Shown here one piece after another: positions 8,104 through 18,100 of a DNA stretch of 64,000 nucleotides. The notes under the pieces were generated by a model. The model was not told the DNA's origin and ran no database searches. It worked only from the letters and a program-made list of their open reading frames with translations. Each line of letters starts with the position of its first letter. Positions within the stretch are counted from its first letter, which is position 1. This DNA is from an uncultured Clostridia bacterium (GTDB lineage: Bacteria > Bacillota > Clostridia > Oscillospirales > Acutalibacteraceae). Position numbers and translations under genes: made by a program. Location of the stretch: assembly GCA_937890355.1 (NCBI GenBank), contig CALACW010000133.1, positions 8,030 to 72,029 of the forward strand, in the 5' to 3' direction.

Positions 8104-10649
8104 ACGTGGTTAAGAAGCTCACCCTGCGCCATTTGAGCGAAAATAAAGGCAGGACAATTATTACATTAATAGGAATCTGCATTTCCGTTGCAATGATTAC
8201 CGCGGTGTTTACCGCAATGGCTTCATTCCTCTCATTTTTCGGAAAAGCAGCTCTGTTTCAGGACGGAGACTGGCATTTTGAGGCGACTGACGTTTCCGAC
8301 GATACAATAAACAAAACGCTTGCCGACGACAGAGTCGAATCCGTCATGAGAATCAAGCCGTCGTATGATTTTGTGTTCGAAATAAACGGCGGTAACAGCA
8401 AAACAGATTACGAATCAATCGCACTGTGCGACAAAGCTTATTTAGAACACATGATTCCGACTTCAATAGAGGGTTCTCTCCCCTCCGCCCCGGGCGAGGC
8501 CGCCGTCAGCGGAGATTATATAAAAAGACACATGCTCGAATGGAAAGCCGGCGACAAGGTAACGCTCCCCATAGTACATTTCGAGAGCGACGGTAATGAC
8601 ACAGACAGTTACAGCTTCGTAAAAACCGGCGAACGCTCATTTACGATAACTGCGGTTCTCGACTATAATCTGCCGACACTTGACTACCCCATTCTTATAT
8701 TGGGAAGCAATGAGGAAATGCATTCGGGCGTAATTACTGCTCTTTTTAAACTAAGCAATCCGAATTCTTCCGCATTAAAAACAATCAATTCGATTTGTTC
8801 GGATTACAATGTAGGAAACTACGACACGAATACAGAACTTCTTGCGGCGAATCTGTCATTCGACGAGGGCGGATATTTAAGCACACTGATAGCTCCCGTT
8901 ATTCTGATTCTCATTCTTATCATTATAGCTTCCGTGCTCCTTATATACAATGCGTTTACAATGTCGCTGAACGAACGAGTCAGATATCTCGGAATGTTAG
9001 CCTCCGTCGGAGCAACAAAAAGACAGAAGCGCGCGTCTATTTATTTTGAAGGATTTATATTAGGAATAATAGGAATCCCTGTCGGAACACTTGCAGGTAT
9101 TGCAGGTATCGCTGTAACACTTTACTTCCTCAGCGACAAAATCATATCAACCGGAATGATAGCCGGCATTGAGAATTCAAATCTTAAAATAAGCGTAGAC
9201 GTTCCGCTCTGGGCGATAATTATGATAGTTATATTCAGCGTTCTGACCATATGGATTTCAACGCTCATTCCCGCTAAAAAAGCGTCTAAAATTACCCCTA
9301 TCGACGCTATAAAACAGACAGATTCGATTAAAGTCAAGAAGCAGAAATACTCCTGTCCGAAGATAGTTTCAAAGATTTTTGGATTCGAGGGCGAGATATC
9401 ATATAAATCCTTAAAACGCAATTCAAGAAAAACGAATATGATAACCGCGTCAATCGCGCTGTCGCTTATTCTGTTCCTTTGTACAAACTACTTCTGTACC
9501 ATGCTGATGGATTCTAACCAGTATTCCTCAATGATACCGTATCAGGTTACCGTTTATTCTTCTTATAACGACAGCGAAAAAGTCAGAGAAGTAATAGAAT
9601 CTGTAAAAAGCGTTGACGACGTTTTCGCCGCAACAAACTTTACAAACATCGTAGGAGGAGACAAGGAAAGCGCAAATAAGGACTACACGGATATTACAAA
9701 CGACTCCTCTGTTCTTACCGTTCAGAATCAAAAACTTTTTGACTCGAAAAAAGTAATCAGCATTAATATTATCGACGACGGCAGATTCAATCAGCTTTGC
9801 CTCGAAAACGGACTAAACAGAGAACAGTTCTATTCGTCAGACAACGTAAAATGCCTCTTACTCAACAATATGACGCACTCCGATTCGGTAAGCAAGGTCT
9901 TTACATCTTCAATCATAGGTAAGTCATTCACTGCGCACGACCCGTCATACGGCGATTTCAAAGCGACCGTCGGCGGACTTATAGATTATGACAAAAACAG
10001 CGACATGTGTTCTCTCAACCCCAAGGGAAGCATAAGCATGTTCATCCCGCTGAGCGTATACGTTGAGACGATAAATAATCTTCCGGTCAAAGAAGCCGAG
10101 TTAACAATCGTTTACGGTGTTAAAACAAAAACGCACGAGCAGACAGAAGATGATATCAAAAACGCTCTTACCGCCGCGGGATTCGATATGAACGACAACA
10201 TTTTCGATCTTGATAATCAACAGCAGATACTTAATACAATAATTTATGTTCTTCAGGTATTTGTTTACGGATTCATAGCACTCATGACGCTTATAACAAT
10301 CACAAATATCTTAAATACCGTTTCAACAGGCGTAATACTCCGCCGTAAGGAGTTTGCAATGCTCCGCTCGGTCGGCATGACTCCCAAAGGATTCAGAAAA
10401 ATGATCGTTATGGAAAGCGTATTCTACGGACTGAAAGCTCTTGTTTACGGTCTACCAATCAGTTTAATCATAAACTTTGCAATCAATAAAATGTTCGGCT
10501 CTTCGTATGTTCCGTTCTCGATAGATTTCAAAGCTTATATCGGAGCCTGTCTCGCAGTCTTTATCGTAACGGGAATATCAATGATATACTCCGTACAGAA
10601 AATCAGAAAAGACTCGATAATAGAAACGTTAAAAGAAGAAATCAACTAA
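8100..10649 (+). CDS. ABC transporter permease, tandem-duplicated FtsX/MacB-type (two 4-TM units, each with a large extracytoplasmic domain)
   Basis: ATGA start/stop overlap with the ATPase gene. Hydrophobic segments sit at about aa 20-47, 265-290, 315-345, 365-392, 446-470, 720-750, 775-800 and 815-835. Hydrophilic loops of ~215 aa and ~250 aa follow TM1 and TM5. Confidence 0.8.
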   Translation: MNVVKKLTLRHLSENKGRTIITLIGICISVAMITAVFTAMASFLSFFGKAALFQDGDWHFEATDVSDDTINKTLADDRVESVMRIKPSYDFVFEINGGNSKTDYESIALCDKAYLEHMIPTSIEGSLPSAPGEAAVSGDYIKRHMLEWKAGDKVTLPIVHFESDGNDTDSYSFVKTGERSFTITAVLDYNLPTLDYPILILGSNEEMHSGVITALFKLSNPNSSALKTINSICSDYNVGNYDTNTELLAANLSFDEGGYLSTLIAPVILILILIIIASVLLIYNAFTMSLNERVRYLGMLASVGATKRQKRASIYFEGFILGIIGIPVGTLAGIAGIAVTLYFLSDKIISTGMIAGIENSNLKISVDVPLWAIIMIVIFSVLTIWISTLIPAKKASKITPIDAIKQTDSIKVKKQKYSCPKIVSKIFGFEGEISYKSLKRNSRKTNMITASIALSLILFLCTNYFCTMLMDSNQYSSMIPYQVTVYSSYNDSEKVREVIESVKSVDDVFAATNFTNIVGGDKESANKDYTDITNDSSVLTVQNQKLFDSKKVISINIIDDGRFNQLCLENGLNREQFYSSDNVKCLLLNNMTHSDSVSKVFTSSIIGKSFTAHDPSYGDFKATVGGLIDYDKNSDMCSLNPKGSISMFIPLSVYVETINNLPVKEAELTIVYGVKTKTHEQTEDDIKNALTAAGFDMNDNIFDLDNQQQILNTIIYVLQVFVYGFIALMTLITITNILNTVSTGVILRRKEFAMLRSVGMTPKGFRKMIVMESVFYGLKALVYGLPISLIINFAINKMFGSSYVPFSIDFKAYIGACLAVFIVTGISMIYSVQKIRKDSIIETLKEEIN

Positions 10650-10663
10650 TCCAATCAATAAAA

Positions 10664-10707
10664 AACAACTGCGGACAGATTTTATTGCTGTTCGCAGTTG
10701 TTTTTTA
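10664..10707. terminator. bidirectional rho-independent terminator
   Basis: 15-bp stem AACAACTGCGGACAG / CTGTTCGCAGTTGTT with flanking A and T runs. Confidence 0.8.
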
Positions 10708-10730
10708 TTCTATGTTGTTTTTTATTCTAT
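10697..10730. repeat. exact 17-bp tandem duplication (GTTGTTTTTTATTCTAT x2)
   Basis: Read directly: 10697-10713 equals 10714-10730. The second copy holds the stop codon of the minus-strand gene. Confidence 0.9.
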
Positions 10731-12023
10731 TGTTCCGATAACAAATCTATCGTCTGCATTTACGTTTGAAAATCTGACGCATTTGCCTTTATTAAAAAAG
10801 TTTCCGGCGCGTACATAAATTTCACCCGTGATATCTTCGTCAGTCTTAATATAAAATACGCCGTATTCGCCGGGCTGTATCTTGTCAAGTTCTGCACCGC
10901 TTGCTTTAACTTCACCGCTGTCCGTACCGATATATACACCGGGGTCTGCGTAAATAGGAGCAACGCCGTCGTTCATGATTCTAACGAAAATATATGTTTT
11001 GCCGAATATCTTTTTAACGTTGACTTTGTCTATATAAAAATCATATCCGAGCTTTGCGGAAGCGTTTGAAACGGTCTCTTTCTGTGAATCGGAAAGACCC
11101 ATTGTAAACGCGTTCTGCATCATAAGGAACGAGCAATGCGTTTTATTAACGCACCCGTCATAGTTCTGCATACCCTCAAACTCTTCGCCTTTAATAAACG
11201 GTTCCTGACACTCGGGACGGAATTCCCCGCCGATTGCCTGACTTTTCCATACATTTGTAAGTTTGTTTTTCTTTAACTTAGTACAGAAAAACCAGTCCTT
11301 TGTATCATCAATCGTTTCATATGTAAACGAATCGTCATGAAAACCGATTTTGCCGTTTTTCGTACCGGGGTCGCCCGGATAACGAGTGAGAATCTTCGTA
11401 GTTTTAAACGCGTTTTCATACGCTGTTATAATGCGCTCTTTCTGCTGCTTTTCCGGGGCTGCATCGTCAACACAAACGTGCCATTCGCCCCAGTGACCGA
11501 TAAGTCCTGCGGTTATGTACGCAATACGCGGATCCCCGTCATATTCTTCCGCAAGTTTATATACAAACTTCTCGAGAAAATCTATAAGCCTGTCATCAGA
11601 ATAATCCGGCGTAACTCCCCCGCCGTACTGTTCGTATTCGTAAAACTTTACGCCGAGAGAACGAATATATTCGCCCGTCGAATCCTCATCCTTTCCGGGA
11701 TAATCAAGATAAACTCTGAAAACGGCCTGATTTCCTCTCGACGATATGTTCTCAAGATACGGCTCTATCGCCTGTTTTATCGTGAATTCCCCGTATACGC
11801 TTACAAGTTCAGACATCGGAATATAAAACCATTCCATGCTGTAATCGAGATTACTATCTGATTCCCCGTCCTCTTTATAAAAAGGCATAAATCCCTTCAT
11901 CGGATTAACCGAAGCCTGTTTATATTCGAGTTTACTTGCCGTAAACCCCGACAGAGAACCGAGACTCATAAGTATTGAAAGAAAAAATGCCGATATTTTC
12001 AAAACCAATGAAGAAAAAAACAT
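10722..12023 (-). CDS. secreted glycoside-hydrolase-like protein (DUF4832-like, GHWGEWH motif)
   Basis: N-terminal signal peptide MFFSSLVLKISAFFLSILMSLGSLSG, NPMKGF start of a TIM-barrel-like domain, and LIGHWGEWH. AGGAG RBS is present. Confidence 0.5.
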   Translation of the reverse strand: MFFSSLVLKISAFFLSILMSLGSLSGFTASKLEYKQASVNPMKGFMPFYKEDGESDSNLDYSMEWFYIPMSELVSVYGEFTIKQAIEPYLENISSRGNQAVFRVYLDYPGKDEDSTGEYIRSLGVKFYEYEQYGGGVTPDYSDDRLIDFLEKFVYKLAEEYDGDPRIAYITAGLIGHWGEWHVCVDDAAPEKQQKERIITAYENAFKTTKILTRYPGDPGTKNGKIGFHDDSFTYETIDDTKDWFFCTKLKKNKLTNVWKSQAIGGEFRPECQEPFIKGEEFEGMQNYDGCVNKTHCSFLMMQNAFTMGLSDSQKETVSNASAKLGYDFYIDKVNVKKIFGKTYIFVRIMNDGVAPIYADPGVYIGTDSGEVKASGAELDKIQPGEYGVFYIKTDEDITGEIYVRAGNFFNKGKCVRFSNVNADDRFVIGTIE

Positions 12024-12096
12024 ATTCAGCGTGCTCCTTTTTTACTCATCTTTTATTTATACTAACATATTTAATTTAATTATTCAACAATGAAAA

Positions 12097-12129
12097 CAGA
12101 CTTCCGAAACGTTACATTCCGGAAGTCTG
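12097..12129 (-). terminator. hairpin downstream of the giant gene
   Basis: CAGACTTCCG / CGGAAGTCTG stem. The T-run is weak. Confidence 0.5.
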
Positions 12130-12138
12130 TAAAATCAA

Positions 12139-15100
12139 TTAATAATGTTCCGCTCCGCATTCACAGTACTTGTTTGAACCGAAAATCTTGAATATAATTC
12201 GGATTATTCTCCATATGAAGCCTGCGAAGCCTTTCTTATGACATATGTGAGAGCACGAGACGGTCACTGGAATCTGCTCACCGCAAACATCGCATATGTT
12301 GTCTCCGTCCTCGTCAGTATGGTCAAGTTTCGGTATGATTTCGCTTTCAAGCTCCGTCATACAGTCAACGCATTCTTTATAACGTATGCCTTCATGAAGA
12401 CATGTTGCTTCCTCTTCGACAATCCAGCCGGACGGTGTATGTCCTGTCTTTTCTATCGTCCGCATTTCAAGAATTTCACTGCAAACGGTGCAGTATTTAT
12501 GTTCGGAACCCGTATTAAGGCACGTAGCTTTAACATCGGTTACCCAATCGGATTCGGAATGCGGACCGAGAGGCAGTACCTCATTTTTTACATCCCCGCA
12601 GTTTTTACATGTAAACACTTTTTCGCCGTGCTTTATACATGTGGATTCACTCTCTGAGGTGAGGATATAATTATGGTTTATACATATCCGTTCATCCGAA
12701 ACGTCATATATGTTTGAGTATGAGAATTCATATACATTATTCGAATAATTCTTTTCTCCCGAATTTACGCTAGCCGATAAAATCATGAGGAAAACGTTTC
12801 CGTCCTCTGCTTCAAAGTATTCACTCGGAATTTCCAGCGAAAACGCTTTTTCACTATCGGTCGCAATGCTTCCGAGCTGTACGTCATCAGCAGGAGATGA
12901 AGAATTCAATTCTTTCAGCGAAACAACCGTATTTTCCGTCTCACGCGAACCGATATTTTCGGCACTTCCCGAAATAAATGCCTTATCATCTCTCAGTGTT
13001 ATTTTTACGTCTTTTATAAGTACGTCCGAAACGGAAATGTCAGCGCTTCTTGTGTTGTCTGCCATATTGCCGTCGGTTCCTTCTGGTGTTACGGTAACGT
13101 AAACATTATTTCCGACAATAGATTCGGCGTTTACCATGATACGTTCGGTAACTGTTTCTCCGGGTTTAATTGACGTTCTTATCTGCATATCGCATATACT
13201 GCCCCCGTTTTCGTCCGATACGGAAACATTAAGAGTTTTTATTTCGGATGAACACTTATTCGTTATATCCGCATATATAAGTTCGTCGTCGGAGAACGAA
13301 GAATAGTCGACATACAAATCATCTACCGAAATATCGATAAACTTATTTGTATTTATTACCGTGAGATCTGATGAAACTTCGGAACCGTCGTCAGAGAATT
13401 TTACGCCGTTAACGCATATGCACAGTTCAGAATCCGAATTCAGAACAGCATCATACTCTCTTATGAATCTTTCGGTTTGAGAGAAAACGGGGTAAATCGA
13501 ACCGTAATCAAAATTCGACGCATTGAATTCACACGCATAAAGAGTACCGCATGTTGATTCGTTAACATTAGTAATAAGTATGTACTTACCCTCAGAACCT
13601 GTTACCGCACTTAAGTTATTAATTGAGCTCAATCCCGCAAAAACGACGGAAGTTCCGTTATAAAACATCGATTTTGCACTTTCGGTAAAGAACAGTCCGT
13701 CATCAACGGCATTAAGAGAAGCAACGGAATTTTCGCCCTCGTAGACAGCTGTTTTTCCCGAAGAATCAAGAGCATAAATCACGTTATCATTTTCGCTTGA
13801 AACAACATAAACGCCGGCAGATAAACAGGAAACGTCCATTGACGATATGCCGTTGAATTCATACGAGAAAACATCGGATACGTTTCCGTTGTTTACTTCG
13901 CAGTAACTTACGGTGTCGGTTCCCTCTGCGTCGAAATAATCGTTTTCGCTGTTTGTGACATATGCTATTTTCGCTCCCGAGCCGGAAGCAGATATCGAAT
14001 ATCCGATTTCCGCCCTGTCATTATCCGTAACTCTGACAGGTTCTGAAAATGATGTGCCGTCAAAATACGAACAGTAAAGTTCACTCGAATTGATACGTTC
14101 TGAGTAATCTGCGTTGTCATCACATTCTTTAGTCTCTGCAAACAGCAGATATACCCCGTTTGAATCATACGCGGTCTTCAGTCCGTCGCAGAAGCCTTTT
14201 GATTCAAATGCAACACGCGCACTCGACCACGTTCCGTTTTCAAAAATCGAATAGTAAACGTCCGTTCTGTTTACAGCCTGTTTTTCGGCATTATCGTCTA
14301 TCCAGAACATTGCCTCTCTTCCGTCCGGAAGAATTACGACCGACGGAGTCGAATACGGATACAAATCGTTTTTAGTAAACGTAAAATCATTTGACTTAAT
14401 ATCCGTTGTCAGAGAATAATCGCGCTCAATCGGGGTAAAATCAAAACTTTTGCTCGATTTTAACGATTTACGTCTGGATTTATTTTCACTCTCGTCTTTT
14501 CTCGGATAAATTTGAAAATCCAAAAACCTGTGCGTAAATTCGCTTGTCTCGGCACCGAAAAACGCGGCTTTTGCCTTCAGGTCTCCCGTCAGTTTCATCG
14601 ACATGCTGTCTTTAAATGACGCAGCGGGGAAACCGAATGTCGTTGACAGATCAAATACCGCCTTCGCCTGGGCATAAATTTTTATAATCGAATTCTCACC
14701 GACTCCAAGCGTATACGAATTGTTTAATGAACCCGTAACGCTTCCCGAGAACGTAACTTCGTAATTCGACTGTTTTACGGTAAGACTTCCGCTCAATCCT
14801 CCGCCGATTCCTATTGAGGCATAAAATATTTTCAACGGTCTGACGGTAACCGAGGCGCCCATGTTAAACGATGTAATAAGACCGCCCTCTCTGAATTCAA
14901 TTCCGTTTTTATAACTGAATTCGATATAACCGGCGAGGTCTGCATCGAAATTAAGACCGACAGATTCTATTCCGTTTGTCTTCATTCCTTTTCTCAGTTT
15001 CCTGAATTTGTTATACAAATCACGGGTAGGCGCATTTTCTCCCTCTATAGCCTTATAGAATGATTTAACTTCCTTATAAGATTCCGTCCAGTATGCGCTC

Positions 15101-18100
15101 GACTGTTCCGCCTTGCCTATATTGGCTTTTTTTGTTTCTTTTGTACCTATCAGTATTTTAATCGTCTGAGTCTGCGGGTCGACAACTACGGATGAATTCT
15201 CTAAAATAGGAAGATTAAACTTCGTATCAAGCTCGAAAATATTGAACTTAAATCCGAGAATATTAAGCTCGGGACCAACTATTTTATCGTTTTCGAATTT
15301 AACGGAAGAGAGAAGTTTTCTGATGTCAAAATTCAGACTGTCGAGAATACGCTGTCCCTCTTCGTCATAATCGAACGCATCCTCGGACGAAACGGACGCC
15401 GTATAGCTGTATCCGCACGGACACGCATAAATAATCCCCTGAGAACCTTCCGTTTCCTTAAACGAATGGATGTGTTTGTCAAAAATCTTGCCGTAGTAGT
15501 ACATCGAAAACAGCTGATCGTCAACCCTTGTTTCAAGTTTGACCTCTTCATCCGAAACGCCGTACAGCGTTATATCCGAAAGCGTTGAAAAAAGCTGTTT
15601 ATTAGTAAGCTCGTTAGCTTCCTTAAACACGACGGAGTAATATTTTATAAGCGTACAGCCCGGACTCAGCGACTTAATCGAATTTAAATCCTCAACCTTG
15701 GTTCTCGAAGAGTCGGCATTGATAATAAATACGGCTTCCTCCTTAACCTCGGTCTGCGTTTCGTCAAGTCCCGTTTGTTTTCTCATAAGAGCGGTTATTT
15801 TATCAACCGAGATTGACGGCATATAAATCTCGGAGTCTGAAATATTCTTAAATCCGACATTGAAAAGCGCCGTTGCTTTATAATTGCCCAAATCGACATT
15901 TCCCGCGAGATCCTTAACCTTTATCACAACATCGTCGTCATTTTTAAGCTGCATAAACAAATCGTCGGGAGTTTCAACGACAATGCTTATCGTATCGGAC
16001 ATTTTTCTGACTTTGACTGCGTTTTCCGATACAAAAGACGCGCTTACGGGAACATTAAATTTATCAAGCGTACTGTTAAATTCCGCGGTAAGAGAATACT
16101 CGCCGGGCTCGTCGCCTCTGAGAATCCACGTTGCACTGGAATCCGACTGTCCCTTAATGACAGAATCTATGGTCGAGGACTGCATCAAAGTAAGTCCGTC
16201 GGGAATTTTAAGCTGAGCTGTACAGTCTGTCAGCGTAAAATCTTCGGATGAATTATTAATTATACGAAGCGTTGCGCTGTAGAACTGTTTCAGATATGTA
16301 ACGTGAACGGGAGCCTCGATAACGGCTATTACTTCGGCGTTGCTGTCATTGGGAATGTATGCAACATTTTTTATCTCGTTATATCCGCCGGTTCCGGGAG
16401 TATTTATTATTCCGCCGGAATCCGATACGGTATAGGACAAAATTCTTTCATTGTTTCGAATGTACGATATCGGAACCTCGGAATTGCCGTATCTGAGCGT
16501 TACGGTAGCTCTGTACACCTGCTGATTCGCCGGGTCGTTTACGTCAAGTCCCGCCGCAGCGATTTCTTCAAACGTCATTTCGCGCACATTGAAACTTCCC
16601 GAAACAATATCCTGTTTTACAAGGGTCAGCTGAGCATTCGTCGTAACGCCCGACAGAACGCTTACGCTTGTGCATGCGGGAAGATAACCGTTTTTATAGA
16701 CTCCTATATTATGTGCGCCTACATCCATAACGAACGAAGCGTATCCGTTTGCGTCAGTATATACAATCTGCTGTCTGAATTCGCCCAAATCAAAGTATAC
16801 GGGTACGCCGGGCATTGCCGTTTTATTTTCGTCGGCGACTTTGATTCTCACCGTACCGAGCAGTTTACGGTCTGTAACGGTTATAATTTTCGAGCAGGCA
16901 GCGGTATTTCCGTTTTCATCGGTCACCTTGAGAGTTATGATATACTCTCCCGTTTGCTTATATGATTTATTGACATCGGGCGACGCTGAGGCAGTGGAAT
17001 CGCCGAAATCCCATTCATACGAAACGATATTGACATTTTCGCTTAATATTTTTGCACTGACGGATTCCTGAACATTAACCTCGAAGTACGACCTGCATTC
17101 GATTTCTGCTTTAATTTCGGTTTTCGGGGCAGGCACGGTAACGCTGTTTGAATAAAAACTTTTAACATTTCCCGTTTTATCAACAGCGTCAACTCGATAT
17201 GTATACGTACCCTCTCCCACTGCATCGGAAAATGTGTAGGAATGACTCGAATTTGCGCTTCTCGAGCCGACTGCCGTGTAGCCTCTGCCGGAAATTCGTC
17301 TGTATATTCTGAATCCGGCAATATCCGTTTCGTTATTGTCTTTCCATGTGACAATATTAATGCCGGAATCATATACCGCGCTTAGCTGATTAACTTCGGG
17401 CGCTGTTTTGTCGGTTTTATAAACCATTACGCCGGACATGTCGCTTTTAAGTCCCGCGATATCCGTACAGTAAGCACGGACATATATTTTTTCACCGTCG
17501 GAAACATCACTCAAATCAAGGTATACTGATATGACAGTGCTTTGAAGAGCAATATTCTCTTCCTTTTTAAGAAGAACGTAATCACCGTCGGAACCGATTC
17601 TGTATTCAATAACAACATCCTCAAGCAGATTATTATCGCTTGCGAGAACGCTTATTTTGTTATATGCTTCGCCCACATACGTCCCTGCCGGAGGATTGAT
17701 GCTGTTGATAACCGGTTTTATCGTATCGGCAAGCGCGTTTGCAAAAACAGTCTTACTGTAACCGCTTGTATTTCCGCATGTATCAGAACATGTAACTTTG
17801 TAATAATATACGACCCCGCGCTTTGCTGTTCTGTCATAATAATCGAGTTTTTTAATATTCGAGGCAATAAGGGAGTATTCGCCGTCCTCCGACAGCGCTC
17901 TGTAAACGGAATACGAGCCGATATCCTCTTCACTGCCCTGCGTCCACGAAATTCTGACATATCCGTCGGATCCGACAGCGGAAACATTTTCGGGAACTGC
18001 GGGTGCGGTTTTATCTACATAATACTGAACGTACGGCGCCGAGGAACTCGTATCGCCGACATTTCCCGAATTATCCTCTGCGACAGCGCGGACATAGATA

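Noticed and set aside
10697-10730. Exact 17-bp tandem duplication at the terminator/stop-codon junction.
   Set aside because: It is real but most simply explained as replication slippage in a T-rich terminator tail. I see no evidence of function beyond providing the stop codon of the 10722..12023 gene.
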